DNA of 64,000 nt from the human T2T-CHM13v2.0 reference genome, Homo sapiens: the NCBI RefSeq assembly GCF_009914755.1, contig NC_060928.1; one strand, written 5' to 3'. Shown one piece after another: positions 15,426 to 31,010 of this stretch. The position numbers and the translations under genes are program-made. The notes under the pieces are model-generated. The model was given only the letters and a program-made list of their open reading frames with translations. It ran no database searches and had not been told where the DNA came from. Within the stretch, counting starts at the first letter, position 1; each line of letters opens with the position of its first letter.

Positions 15426-16950
15426 TCATTTTATTAATGATATTTTTACTGGATAAAGCATTCTAGATTGGCAGCTATTTTCTTTTTGCATCTTAAAAAT
15501 ATTATTCAGTTGTCTACTATCTTAATTTTTCTGTTAAAAATCAACTCTCACTCTTACTGTTTCTTTTTTAATGTCTCCTTTTTTTTCTAGCTGCTTTTAG
15601 GATTGTCTTGGTTTAAGTAGTTTTACTAAGATATCTGTAGGTGTAACCGTCTTTCTACTGACACTGTTTCAGGCTCATACAGCTTCCTCAATTCATCAGA
15701 TAATGTTTTTAAAAAGTCCTGGAAAATTCTTAGCCATTACCTCATCAAAACTGCTTCTGTCCCATTTTCTACATCCTCTCCTGCTAAGCTAAAAGGTCCT
15801 AACATTACAGATGTATTAGATATTTTCACTGTCTCACATATCAGTTTAATCTCTGTAATTCATTTTCAATATTTTCTACTGACTTCTTTTCCTTTTCATT
15901 CATTCTGTCTTTTGCTTTGTCATACCTACTATGTAATTTGCACACTGAGTTCTCTGCTCTAAAATATAAATTTGCTCTAAATGTATAAATTTGCCATTTA
16001 TACATTTCAATTTGTTAGTAAAATTCTCCATCTCTTCCTCTTTTTGTCTCATCTTTTCTTCCATGTGCTAGAGTATAACAGTCATGGTTATTATAAAGTC
16101 CACATCTGCCAACTCCAATCAACATTTGAAATATCCTTAAGTCAGTTTCTATTGTCCAGCTTTTATCATTTTTAGTGATATGGTCCTATCTCTTCATGTC
16201 TAGTCATTTTTTATAAAATGCTGGATATTTTATATTGAAAAGTTTAGAGGATCCAGGTATTATATTTCTCTGGAGTAGATTTACCCTGTTTTCTATCAGG
16301 CAGAGCAGAAACTGTTCACCTTAAACGCATCAGGGAGTGAGGTGATTCACAGCTGGGCTTCAGTTGTGGCAAGGCTCAGTCTGTTTCAGTGTACTATATT
16401 CCTACCCACAGCCCTATGGTGCTTCCAATTCAAAGTATGGCATGCACTGAAAGCCTCTCCTCAGCAAGATGAGACCACAGAACACCTTGCTTTTCAAAGG
16501 CATGTGGCTTAACTTTATAATAATCTGCCACGCAGCTTCATAATTCTGCAAATGTCTTGAGAAGGAGACAGCAATATTTTTTAGTCCTTTTGGGTCTCCA
16601 ATATTGTTGCTTCACACGACAAGATTTCCAAAAGCTCTACCTATTTCTGTGTCCTCAAAGAGTAACCCTCTAGACAGGCTGAGCTCAGATTTTTAGCCTC
16701 TTGCCTATACACAGAATCAGCAGTCTGACCACTTCCCCAAGAGAAAAGCAACTGCAGATTATCAGTTCATCTCTCCAAAATTATCACCTCTCTGGAGCTT
16801 TAGTCACTCTAGGACTCCTTGCTTTAACACCCCTTGAAGCTGTTAAACAAATTATTTTTATATTTAACCTGTCTTTTGGAGTTGTTATCAGCAGTAATAT
16901 TGATGTGTTCAAGTTCGTATCAGACAGAAGCTTTCTTGCCCTATTTTACT
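15426..16950 (-). mobile_element. Old L1M segment (right host of SET retrocopy)
   Basis: Resumes with gatatttttactggataaagcattctagattggcag, the expected continuation of the L1M at 12741. Confidence 0.65.
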
Positions 16951-17740
16951 TTCTTTATACCATATATCACTACCTTTCACTATATTATTTATTACAGATG
17001 TTTTAATTCTATCTTTGCTACTAAAACATAGGTCCCAGAAGAATAAAGGCTCTACTGCATCCTAGGGGCAGCAATCAGACTGAAGACTGTCTGACTGTCT
17101 GATAGCGCTCCTCTTTCCATCCCGCTTCACTCACCATGCCTATTTTTGTTTTGTGAAGAATTCCAAACGAGCACATCATTTTTTTCTGTATGAGAAACGA
17201 GAAGAACATAATTCTGTATGTTCTCATAAAGAATCCTTATTCTCCTTTTTCATATTTCCTTACTTCCTCCTCCATGAGAGAAATAGATTGGAATAAATAT
17301 ACTTTGGGTTTCTTTCCTTCATGGTTCCCTCTCTTCAGCTGATTACTGAGACCCTGATAGTCATTGGGTCTGATACTTACTTTGGTTACCATACCTCAGA
17401 AAAAAAGCAGGGGCCAGAATTTCCTGTGCCCATCCCCATGCTGTATAGTAAGCAGACATACCAGCTGACTCAGGATGTGCCTTCTACACAGGCTGGAGAC
17501 CTGTCTCTCTCCAGTGCTCTCTGTTATCCTCCACTCCAATTATGCTGTGAAGTGAGTCTGAATTAGGCCATAATTCGTCACACAGCTGATTGGCAATAGA
17601 TTTTGAATCTACTTTCCTGACTCAATTCCTGCCACAGGTGGTACACACTTCAAGATTTCAGAAGCCAGGCATGAAGGCCTGGGCTCCTAGTCACCAATCC
17701 AGCTTTTCTGGAGCTAGGTACTTAGAAAATTATTGCATGC

Positions 17741-18658
17741 TGTAGGGATAGGAAAACAACAAACTCAGAATCTCCTACTTTATTCTCACAACACAGTCAA
17801 CTCAGAACACTTCTACTACCACATGTGGTAGGGTTTCCCCCATCACACACCAAGCAAGCAACTCTCTGGTGGATTATTCAGATTATTCAGTACCACACCA
17901 GCTGGGTGTCCTCTAATTTAATTCAATCCTTATATTATCTATCTGGAGATAACGTCACATCCCACAGGTTGAAGGCTCAGTCTCATAAGACTGTCCTGCA
18001 CCAGGCAGTGGCAAGTCCAGGCCTCTGAAACTTTTAACCAACTTGCTATAGACTGGAGTTCCCATGACACACTCCCCAGGTTCAATTAATTTGCTAGAGA
18101 GGCTAAAAGTATTCAGGAGAACACTTCACTTATGTTTACAGGTATATTAATAAGGGATATTCCAAAGAATACAGGTGAACAGCCAGATGGGAGAGATGCA
18201 TAGATACAGAAAAAGGCATAGGTATAGAAGAGATAAATAGCTATAAAAGAAGGGACGCAAAGCTTCCATGCCCTCTCCGGGTGCACCACCCTCCAGAAAT
18301 CTCCATGTGTTCAGTTATCTGGAAACCCTCAGAACACAGTTCTTTTGGGTTTTTATGGAAGCTTCATTACTAGGCATGACTGATATTAGTCACTAGTATA
18401 TCAACCTAACCTTCAGCCACCCTCCTCTCCCTAGAGGTGAGGGGGACACAGGGGGCTGAAAGTTCCAACCCTCTAATCACCACGTGGTTGCTTCCCCTGG
18501 CAAACAGTCCCATCCTGGAGGCTATCTAGGGGACTCCAGCCTCCAGTCATCTCATTAGCAAACAAAAAACACTCTTATACTCTAGGGATTCCAAGGATTT
18601 TAGGAGTTAAATGTCAAGGAAGTAGATGAGGACCAAATATAGATTTCATAATATCATA
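17741..18658. mobile_element. MER21-family solo LTR
   Basis: cagctgggtgtcctctaatttaattc and cccacaggttgaaggctcagtc motifs. TSD catgc at 17736-17740 and 18659-18663. Confidence 0.8.
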
Positions 18659-19271
18659 CATGCTCATTAATAAAGTAGATATTTTATCTTCATCTGGTTC
18701 CTATCTGTTCTTCATTGGTTCAAATTAATAACCAAGGACAAACAGAGGTTATTAACTAAGAACCATCACCAGTGTGTAAGTGAAGAGGGGAGTCAAGGGT
18801 TGGAAAAGAAGTTTCCAAAAACAATCCATATATATTTTAACTGATAAATGGATGTCTTAAACCCCATCAATAACAGAAGGAGCCCCAACTCATCTGCTAT
18901 GTACACTTATTTTGAAATAATAATTTGCTATAACTGTAAGAGATTCACAATCATACAAAAACAGCTGCAAATCTTATAATGATGTCTTTTAATTGCTATA
19001 TTTTGTGGAGTTTTGGGGGGTATTTATTGCTTAAAAAAAAGTTTGTTTCACACAACAGGTAATGCCCATACACAATAAAAATTTAAAGGTAAAAAGATTA
19101 TATAGTAATAAAAAAGTCTCCCTCTCTCCTCTATTTCTTGTCACCCATTCCTTTTCCTTAGAGACAGCTATTGTTACCCATTCACTTCTATTTTAGGTAC
19201 ATTAAGCACTTTTATATATGTCCTCATGTATTTAAATAAACGAGTGATAGATTATGTACAAGCTTCCATCC

Positions 19272-19448
19272 TTTTTTAAATTTTTAAATTTTTTGTTTTT
19301 ATTTCAGTAGCTTTGGGGGTACAAGTGGTTTTTGGTTACATGGATGAATTCTACAGTGGTGACTTCTGAGATGTTAGTGTACCTGTCAACCAAGAAGTAT
19401 AGACTGTACCCAATATACAGTCTTTTATCCCTCACCCTGTTCCCACCA
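19272..19448 (-). mobile_element. L1PB 3' end fragment
   Basis: gggggtacaagtggtttttggttacatggatgaatt. Confidence 0.8.
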
Positions 19449-21814
19449 TGATGGCTATATTTTGAAAACATGTTATTTATCCAGTCCACAAAATCAGAAA
19501 CTGCCCACAAAAATAAATAAAATCATGATAATTTGATCCTCTGGATTTTGTAATATGCAATTTTCTAGTAGGTTGTAATGACTAATTACCCTGGTAATAC
19601 ACTAACCTCAGATGTAAAACATAGAGTTTTCTCATGAATGATCCAGGAGATAGACGTAGGAAAATAAATGCATGTAAAACTTTTTAAATGCCATTAAGTC
19701 AGGCTGCTGCAGGTGACGCACACGGCTCTCACAGTGCTCTGGGTATCCCACATTGTGTTACATCTGGAACCCTTACGAGGCCACAGACTTTTTAAAAAAG
19801 CAAAGTTCAACCTCTATTTGTTTTGGTTTTGTCCTAATGTTCCTTGTGTTGAGATAAATACCTTTTTAGCATAAGTTATGGATGATATAATGTATTTAAG
19901 TAAAAGAGGCTTAAATTTTTCCTATGAAAATGCCACCCAGAATTAAGATATTTTACTTGAAATTTTAGTTTGTATCTGGTTCTTTAGGATTCTGCACACA
20001 GTAAAAGCTGTCTTTCCAGAGGGACCACCCAGTGTACTGAACTGTGGCATAGCATATGACTCCACTTGCATCAGATCACACCACTGAACACCCACTGCAT
20101 CCACAGAAACGTTCAAAGACTAAGAGGCAAATGCAGACTCAGCATGAGTGAGAGAAAAAGAGGAGAGTGAGGCAGAGACCTTGTGATCTTGGAGCAGTTG
20201 TAAAGTTCAAGAATGAATGACTCCACTGGAAATATAGGACAACACCAAGTTTCTGAGAACTTATCAGGGCAGTTTCTACACAAAACCTGTTGCAAGCATC
20301 CCAGAGAATCACTTTTGAAATGGAAAGAAAGGCCCAGAGCCAATAGAAAAGAGCTGTTTGGAGGATTCCAGCTGCTACTGGATTCACCAGTAGCCACTTT
20401 AGAACAACTAAATCATGGTCAGAACACGTAGCAAGGAAATGCACAAACTGTGCTGCATTCCACAGGTGCCAAAATGTAAAGTTATATGCTGGAAGCACAG
20501 AGCCAGTGCCTGGAGAAAACGTATTTGAATTGTGGTTTGAAATATCTAAGAAAATATTATAGAAAGAGGATGTCTTGGAGACGTAAAAACAAAGAATTAT
20601 TGAGAGTTTAGCAAATAGAACATAGGTCATAGGTCATAGAATGAGTCTGAATTAGTAGAGAATTGAAGGAAATGTATCTCAAGCTCCAAACCACCTGGCA
20701 AAAAGTAGACAGAAAGACTTCTAATTAAGAGAAGAATGGAATACAATGCAGAAAACTGGGTATATTCCACCAAATTGTCCAAGGGAAGCATTTACAGTCA
20801 AACACTGGTTCCTAACCTCAAGCTTTGTAATATGCCTGAGGCCCAAGAAATCCAGAGTTCTTCTGCTTAAGCACTTAATTTTAAAAGAAAAGTAAAAATC
20901 TGAGGTGATCAAGAAGGATTAAAGACCCACAACACTCAGTCTATTCAGAGACCAAGCTCAAAACCTGATGGCCAATACAGAAAGTAACTGAGGTACTAGT
21001 GAGCACTCTGAAGCAGTGGGCATCAGTAAGTTCTAAGCTGCACCTTTGGACAAAGAGAGAGAGGTGGCAGTAGATATTATTAGTGCTCCCCATGACCCTA
21101 AGATCCCTTCATACCCTGTCCCAAGCTCACAAAGGCTCACACCTACCAGGAGGCTCAATCCTGACTGGTAACTCCAAGTTCTTTGGTATGAAATGGCTCC
21201 CCAGGGGCTCTTGGCCTTGTCCACCACAACCACTGGCATCATAAGCAGAATACAGGTATAAACTGAGAAGGAGTTATGCCACATGCTCTCTCACATGACA
21301 TCATTTTCCAGACACTACCACCAGGTTCTGGTTCATGTTCCATAACCACAACATATGTAACTATTTTTTTGAGAAGGACTACTCATTTGAGAGCTTCATT
21401 GTGGTTAGCACCATAGATATGGGGCATAGCAGAAATGACTCCCATAACCAATCTAAATTTACCCACCAGAGGAGGGAAGGCTCATTATCTCCCTTTGGAA
21501 AGACTCAAACAGTTCCACAAGGGGCAGAAGCAGGACCAGTAACAGGACCAGTTATTCTCCTGTATCTGTGCTCTTTCTGAATCCTAGCACCTCCAAAGCT
21601 AAAATAATAAAAAAATAAAGGACTTTCAATGGTATAACTCAGGGTTTGGAAGCAGCTTGCTCACTCAACATAATAAGGGACAAGATTAAAGATAGCAAGC
21701 AATAACTCTGCAATTCTAAAAGTGTTGTTCTTGAAATGTTCCCTCTAGAAGACCTACCACAGAATCTGTCCCTTCCCCTGTCCAGCTGCACAACTGGGCA
21801 GAGCAGGGAATGGC

Positions 21815-22496
<682 letters not shown>

Positions 22497-23527
22497 ATGG
22501 CTGACAATCCGAAATGAAGACGAGACCAAGAGGAAAAAGAACCAGAAGGGGAGGGGGAAGGTATATGAACTAAGGGGTTAAATGTATCAAAAGGTCTCAG
22601 GTGAAAAAAACAGGCTGGAAGGGAACAGAGACTTTTCATCAATTCCCTTTTGTACCTTCTGAATTGTGTAACAAGTAAAAATATTACTTGTTCAAAACAC
22701 AGACATAAAGGGTGAAGTAAAATGAAACAGAGAATGGCAATCGTGTGAGTGTACCATTACCTGAGCATAAAAATGTATAAAATCAATAGCTCCTTGGGTA
22801 GCAGAGTGAGAGAGCTGGAGACAACTAGTGTGAAAACAAAATAATAATGCAAAGACATTAAAGAACTACAGGAATAGATAATGCAAAACTAGATGATGTA
22901 CTGTGGAACTGTCAACTATATAATAGTACAAAAATGACTTTGTTTCCTATATGCAAGTCTTCCTTTTAAAATAAAAATTATTATCTGTTTAACACTACCT
23001 TATAGCTACACAAAACATTAATATGATCATCACACTAAAATTTTCAGATAACAAAACAAGTAACATAAACTATTAATAACATGTTAAAAATTGAATTTGT
23101 ACCCCTTAAATTTATACAAATAACATTTTTAAAAAAGAAAAAACCTGTTAAAAATGTAGCATTTTTATCATTTTATGACTTACTAAGTTATCAGGTTTTT
23201 TTGGTTCACATAAATGTATGGTTTCTGAAAAACCTTCATAGTAAAAGAATTAACTGCTGAGGAAATTAAGACCTTGTAGAAACATAGTGAAAGCCATTAA
23301 AATGTTTAAGTACATAAAAGTAAACAAAACAGCAGGCTAAATTCAGACAATATCAATAACATTTCCCACTTAAATTATAGTGAGGACTATATTATGAATT
23401 TCCATTTTTTATCACTTGCACTGAAGAAACCTTTCAGAATCCTTTCTCAGTCACCTCCACTCCTCACCCCCAGCAGTTTCAACAATACGGGTGATGCTTA
23501 AAAATGCATTTTGCTTACAGGTAATAC

Positions 23528-23958
23528 ACTGATAGTTTTATGTATACTATGGATAGGCTATAGTACCCAATTATTTAATCAAACGCTGATATAGCAGTAA
23601 AGGTATTTTGTAGATGCGGTTAACATCTAACAATCAAATACTGATATAGGAGTAAAGGTATTTTGTAGATGCGGTTAACATCTACAATCAGTTTACTGTA
23701 AGTAAAGGAGATCACCCTCCATAACATGTGTGGCCCTCATCCATTTAGTCACAGCCCTTAAGAGCAAAAACTAAGGTATCCTGGAGAAGCTATTCTGCCT
23801 CAAGACCACAGCATCACCTTTCTGCCTGAGGTTCCAGCCTGAGGACCTGCCCTATAAATTTCAGACTTGCTACCACCACAATAACATAATACCTTAAAAT
23901 AAACAAATATATATACTATCTCCTTGGTTCTATTTCTCTGAAGACCCTTACTGATACA
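23528..23958 (+). mobile_element. MLT2 LTR (ERVL)
   Basis: aaggtattttgtagatgcggttaacatctacaatcag...ttggttctatttctctgaagacccttactgataca. Confidence 0.8.
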
Positions 23959-24072
23959 TGCAAGAGAGACTCTCTATGTGTGGAAAACTCCAGTTTTCCA
24001 ACCTTTTCTGATTGTATAATCTCTACCTCCTACATGTATCTCAGCTCTTACCCTTCTCATAGAAACTATCAA

Positions 24073-24710
24073 ATAGTCTTGGGTCACAATGCAATGTTTC
24101 AGTCAACAGTGACTATACATACAATGGTGGTCTCCTATGATTATAATACTATATTTTTATTGTACTTTTTCTGTATTTAGATCTTTTTCAATTTCATTTG
24201 CTAGAGAAGGGGTCTCCTTCTGTTGCCTAGGCTGGAGTGCAGTGGCAAGATCATAGTTCATTGCAGCCTTGAACTCCTAGGCTCAGGCAATCCTCCCACC
24301 TCAACCTCCTGAGTAGCTGGGACTACAGGCACGTACCACAAGGCCCAGATAATTTTTTATATTTTTTTAAGACATTGGGTTGCTATGTCGCTCTGGCTGG
24401 GCTCCAACTCCTGGCCTCAAGCAATCCTCCTGCCTTAGCCTCCTGAGTACCTGGAATTAGGCACAAGCCACTGTGCCTGGCTTGTATAGATACATTGGAT
24501 CCACAAATGCTTGCCACTGTCTTCCAATTGCCTCCATTACTCAGTACAGTAACATGCTGTACAGGTTTACCGTCCAGGAGCAATAGGCTATACCCTATAG
24601 CTTAGGAGTACAGTAGGCTATACCATCTAGGCTTGTACAAATATGCTCTATGATGTTCACTTGATGACGCATTTCTTAGAATGAATCCCTGTCATTAAGT
24701 AACACATGCA
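24073..24710. mobile_element. Tigger3a/MER7-like DNA transposon with an AluJ insert (about 24190-24481, minus strand)
   Basis: gtttcagtcaacagtgactatacatacaatggtggtc start; acagtaacatgctgtacaggttt and gcaataggctatacc motifs. Confidence 0.75.
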
Positions 24711-25250
24711 TATATAATTCCTAGGACTGCATTTTCCAAATTTTTGTTTCAACAGTCTACACCACTGCTTTCCTATTTTGATACCTTAGGTCCTTTTTCT
24801 AATGCCTAGAAAAGAACAGCAACGAATATAATTGGCATAAACTAGGATGAAAATTCTCATAACGTGCAGACATATACTGGCATATACAGATCTCTGCTTA
24901 AGTGAAACTTTAGACTGCAAAAGACTGTCTCTAGTGTTACAACTCCTTAACTATGTGTTTTTAAAGGTAAAGTACATTTTAAGGCGGGATTTTTGTTACA
25001 ACATGAAACTGAGATTTGTTTCTATACAATTAGAACTTCAACTAGTAAATAAAAAAAATTAAGTATAATTTTATTTACAGAAGTCAAGTTCTAAATTCAG
25101 GGCATGCTTATTTTGAAAGTCAAACATCACTATACCTGAAAAACTTATTTTTCAACGAAGAACTTCAGATCTCTAAAAGAACTGTCTAGTAAGATATCTC
25201 AACAGTCCACTTTCTCTAAAAAAAAAAAAAAAAAAGCTGAACTTTTTTTA

Positions 25251-25583
<333 letters not shown>

Positions 25584-25687
25584 TTAAATACTTAACTGGA
25601 ATCAATATCAATTAATGTAGCCTTAAAAATGCATTAAATGGTACAATACAAATATATTTTTAACATTAAAATAAGTCATATCCTCAC

Positions 25688-25771
25688 CTCCCACATCAAC
25701 CTGTAATCCATATTTTCATCCAAGTCTTCAGGCATTCTCTTCTCTCCAGCAAAGGGTCCGAACTTTTCACC
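25688..25771 (-). CDS. PRDM5: PRDM5 coding exon 2 (codons 32-59, PR domain)
   Basis: 84 nt bounded by ctcag| and |gtgagg. Translates to [28 protein letters not shown], with the PR-domain FGPF motif, in frame with exon 1. Confidence 0.96.
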
Positions 25772-28700
25772 CTGAGTAGCAATGATTATATTGAACAAGG
25801 ATTAGTACAATAAATCAACATACTAAAATAAACGACTTTTTTCTTCTGGAATGTTTTTCTGCAAATCTTCATGCCCAAAGAAGAGATGCTTTTGAAATAT
25901 TAACTAATTTACCCAACACAAAATGTTTATTTACAATCCAACTTAATCTGTTTTTAGCCTAAAACGCTAAATCCACAACATAGGAGCAACATAAAAGGGT
26001 TAAATCATTTACTTTCAAATTCTGACAAGGCACTGGACATTGTATTTCATATGTTTCAATCCTCTTCATAGCCTCTGGCAAGCGATGTTGAAAAAAGCAC
26101 TGAGTTTTGTCTGACTTGAGAGACTAGCCCACCAGGCAGAAAATCACCTGGTTTCCATAAAAATCATAAATTCATCCATATTCTGGACAAGAAGGACGTG
26201 GGCTTGGCATTCTCAGAGGAAGAGTGTTCATAAATAAACTTTAAATTTGCCTGCCAATCTTTCAAACAGGCAAATGGGCACACTTTAAACCATGCTTTCT
26301 TGAAGTGTGTGCTTTGAAGCCCACATGCATGAGAAACACCCGTGTTACTAGTTTGAGATACAGAATTCTGGTCTTTGTTAAAATCAGAATCTGGAAATGG
26401 GCTGTCCTTCAATCTACCCTGACGGGACTTTTAAGGACATGTTCAATGGGCAAGTAACACTCTTTTCTCTCTAAAGTGACCAAAGCAGGGACTGCAGAGA
26501 CAGTGGGAATGAGTTGAATTTGTCCAACCAGACATTTTGTTGAAATGTGTGCAGAGGAGACACAGAGCCACTCATGCTTCTAAACCTGCCTATGACTATT
26601 TTTCAGCAGAATCCTTCCCTTCACATGGAGGTGATGCAAGAAAAAAACCAACAAAATCTCTTTTGATGAACATTGTAAGGAGAAAAGATAACCACTAAGG
26701 CAATATTTCAAGGATATAAATTACTTAATGAACAACAGAACACCCAACTCCTGAGAACAGTAAAATTTTAAAGCTTAAAGAATTACAAATATTAATAGTT
26801 AACCCAGCCCCCTCATTTTACAGATGAAGAAAAGAGGTCCGGAGAAGCCATAAATACTGGCAGAGCCAGGAAGACCATTTCTTTAATGTTAACTTAGGGG
26901 CAGAAAATACCCAGAGATTCCTCAAATCAAGACTATAATTGTAAGTAATTTAAACACAGGCATAGCAAAGAAACAGGGAGATTGCTCACTATTCATAACA
27001 TTAGAAATATTAATACAAAGTTTAGACAGCCAATTTCAGAGAAGCTAGAAGCCTACTCTGCTTCACAATCCTCTCATGCCTCACTAGTCCCCTCATGCTA
27101 AAATGGGCATTCAACATCACACTTAAACACAACAGCCCCAAAGAGGCTTTCTTTACAAAGTAATCACTTCTCTCCTCCAGATGGGACCTAACCAGGATTT
27201 GATGGCAGGTAGGAAAAGCTCCACAAGAACAGGGGAGAAGAGTTAACACTTACTGAACTACCATGTGCTGCATTCCAAATAATCCTATGTGGGAGTTTCC
27301 CCATTTAACAACTAAGAAAATTGAGCCTCGGAATTTAAATAGCTTGCTTGATTAAGGTCAATCAGGTGGCGATGATTAGACATAGTATCAGGAACCAGTG
27401 GTTTATTCTGAGTGGAGTGCTCAGGCAACATCCACTTCACCAAGCCAACACTCAAAACCCTGACAGACAGCTGCATGGTCCACTGCTGAGGCCACCTGAT
27501 GCCACCTCCTCAGCTTTCCATTGACTACAATTTAGCAATGACCTGGGCCGTGCAATTGCCCAATGTACACACTCAATACATTGACTACTGAATTGAAGAA
27601 ACTGTGAGCTTATGTTAAAGCCAATCTAGAAAACAGACCAAAAAATAAGGTGTGTTTTCTGTAATAAATGTGAGGGTTAAATATGAATGAATGTGGTTCC
27701 ATTTTCGGTCCACTCTGTCATGTATTTAGCCTTTATCAACTATTACAGAAAGTAATAATAATCTAAGTACACACTTTCCAAAGTAACTGATCTATCCAAA
27801 CCAATCAGTTCCTCTTTGCAGTACAAATTTGGAGGGGAAAAAAAAAAGTGAATCTATCAATTCAGCAGTGTTCAGAGGACTAAAGAGGAAAGAATAGAAA
27901 CTCAAATAAATGCAATGGGATCGGGGGGTGGGGGGTGCGGGGGAAGCCTGCTTGGATGCAGGCCTAGTAAGATTATTAAAAGACTTAAAGCTCTGAAAAT
28001 TCAGATTAAGCAGAATGCTGATTTTAAAGCTTCACCATTAATAGAGAACAATCACTATCATAAACTCAAACCACCAAATTATAATAAATAGTGGTTTTTA
28101 GCTTTAAGAAATGTATTTTGTATCTCAACCTAGCACATTCACACATACACAGAAACACACACCTATAAAACTGAGATACTTAATATTTCAGGAATATCCT
28201 TCAAAGAAAAGACAAAAAAAACCCTGTGATACTGTATAAATTTCTTCATATTTTCTACTCTGTGTTATTTCATATGCTTTAAAAAAAAAAAGAGTTTTGA
28301 CCCACTAAATTAATTACAGAACTCATTGATGGGCTGCGATTCACAGCTTGAAAAACACTGACATTAAAAACACTGATAGGGGAGGTAAATTAGCTTTCTA
28401 TCTTTGATGACATTTCTTCAAAGTACCTTACCGGGTCTGTTACAAAGAGTTCATCAAATAAACTTGAATTTTCATGGCTGCAAGATTATAAAAATGTAAA
28501 TAGCCAACTCTCAATTATCCATACTACTGTGGTGAGAAACAATGCAGATATTGAAAACCTAATTTATATTTGGCTTTAGATGAAGATTTTATACTGAGTA
28601 GACCCACTCTTAGGAAGCCTTCCCCTAGGGATTCCAGCACCAGCTACCCAATCCTTCTCTCTCTCTTTGTTCACTGTTGTCTCTATCATACAAACAGTAG

Positions 28701-29989
28701 TTTCTTAAAACTGTAATTACAATTTTATTTTTATTCACTAACCACATTTCCTACAGAGATTCTAACTTCAGTATAAGCCTCTTCTACCTCAGTGGACTTC
28801 AGATCTGCTTGGGCAGCACATCTATGAAAGGGAAGTTTGGGGCACATACCCCATACATATATAATTCTTTTTCTTTTAGTGGAATTATATGAAATTGCCA
28901 ATATTTGACCATTTTTGACCTACAAAATGAAAGTTTTTCATATGATTCATCATAAATGAAGTATATACATGTGCCTTAGTAAATTAAACACCTAGGAGGA
29001 GGTTCAAAATTAATGACAGGAAGGAAACCTGTATTTCAAACACTCTTCTTGAAAACTTCAAAAATTTCTGGCTGACTTCCTGATATCATTGGTTTTACTT
29101 TTTGTAATAAACCTGCTGAAGATTTCACACTAGCAGATAGGAAAACTGTCCGCTCTTCCATTTTCTTGCTGTCCATTTGTGCCTGCATTATTGGTATTAC
29201 CTTTGACTTGTGATTTCTTTGCAAGAACTTTCCTAGACTTCTTCACTTCTATCTCAAGAGTCACCACCTCAAACACTTACAAGTTAGGCAGTAGGGCAAC
29301 ACAACACCAGATACCCAACCATAAACATGTAAATGATATTTTAGAGAGTAGCCAGGAGGTAAGGTGGAAAGAGCATGCCACCTAAAAACTTTTCCACTCC
29401 AACTGAATGTTGCTGTATCACCATGTGGACCCAATGTTGCCAGATATATACATGATTTTTAGAGAAGCTAATAACTCAAATTTGTGTGTGAAATCACTGA
29501 TTTTTTACACTGTCAATGAATTCCAAGAACTCAACACTTTGTGCAGGTCAAATAAAATGTGACTTCAAGATAAATTCAGCCTGTACACACCAAACTGTCT
29601 GAGTCAAACTCACTTCTCAGACTGATCCAATGTCCAGCCCATAATGGAGCATCTTTGTTTTTATTCAAACTGTTTCTGAATAAAGCAGATAATTAATCCA
29701 TTCAATCTTCTATTCACTGGACTAGACAGTAACTTTTAATAAACAAAAACTGTATGATTGCAAAAATGTGGGCCATTTTCTCTCATTTTGCTGAATGTTA
29801 TTAGTGAGAAGTTAAAAACAAGATTCACTGCAGATATCTCTCTCAGAATTGTGGGGAAAAGCACTATCTTCTAAGCCTCAGTCTCCTTATCTACAAAACT
29901 TAGGGATTTAGATTAGTTGATTCTAAGATTTCTTCCAGCTTTTAAATTCCAATAGAAAGAGCTTCCACAGACCAAATTTAGAACAATCT

Positions 29990-31010
29990 GAGACTCAAAC
30001 AGGACAAGAGGATAACTGATTGAAACACATTAACAAATTTGTAAGCCCATACTGTCAGTGAGAGAAAATGTTTTTAAAATCTCATTTGCTATCATTAGAG
30101 GATAATAAGTTATTATTAAAATTAGTAAAGAAAAGGAATTAAGCATTTTATCCTGCCTTTTCAATACTAACCATAGTTCAGGCTAACCAGACAGCAGAAA
30201 TTGATGATGAAAAGCTCCTCTTTACAGGAGAATGCTAACTTATAAATAAAGGGGGAATATTTGAGTTAGCGAATCACCATTTTGAAATCCCTAATAATAT
30301 TACTGATTTGGCAAGAATTCTCCATGGATACTAAAACCATTAGGCAAAAGGTTGATGGTGAAAAAATATATATCCATTTAGCAGTATCAGCTCACAGATT
30401 ACTTGCTAAGAACAAAGGGGAAACAGGACATTTACAACAGAAAAATTACCTTAACCCAATGTTGGCATCAGTAACAGTGGGAAGCCAGATACATTATATG
30501 CCCCCTACTGTTATGCAGCACAAATAAACCAGCATCACTCCATAACGTATTTTTGCCAGAAATATTTATATCTAACTTCCAGACTGCAGGAATTATAGAA
30601 GATAGAGAAACAAGTTAAATAAAGCCCTGGGAATGTAATCAGGTAAATCCAGATGTGAGATATTCTACAACTGACATGATCTCTTCAGAGAGTCACTGTT
30701 ATTAAAAAGGGGGAGGGAGGGATTAAAGAGATATTTAATAGACATAACTAAATGTAATATGTAGTCTTTGATAAGATCCTGGTTCAAAAATAAATAGCTA
30801 TAAAAACATTTTTAGGCAATTGGAGTAATTTAAATATGGACTAGCATTAGAAGACATTAGGAAATTACTGTTATTTTTGTTGGATTTGCTAAAACAGCAT
30901 CATGGCTATTTAGGAGAATGTCCTTATGCTAAAGTATTGAGGGGTGAATTGTCACAACATCTGTAATTTACTTTGAAATAGTTCAGAAATAAAAAATATA
31001 CATATAGATG
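29990..31010 (+). mobile_element. Old L1ME/MC 3' region
   Basis: Degenerate L1M 3'UTR motifs (aaattactgttattttt, gtctttgataagatcctggttc). Confidence 0.6.

Noticed and set aside
20640-21800. Possible old MaLR/ERVL internal sequence
   Set aside because: The resemblance is too weak to assign without a search.
27917-27943. Isolated G4 motif in intron 1
   Set aside because: Such motifs are common and there is no supporting context.
29020-29290. Purine-rich, coding-looking stretch on the minus strand (…EVKKSRKVLAKK…)
   Set aside because: I recognise no homologue and see no convincing splice boundaries. A BLASTX or Dfam search would be needed.
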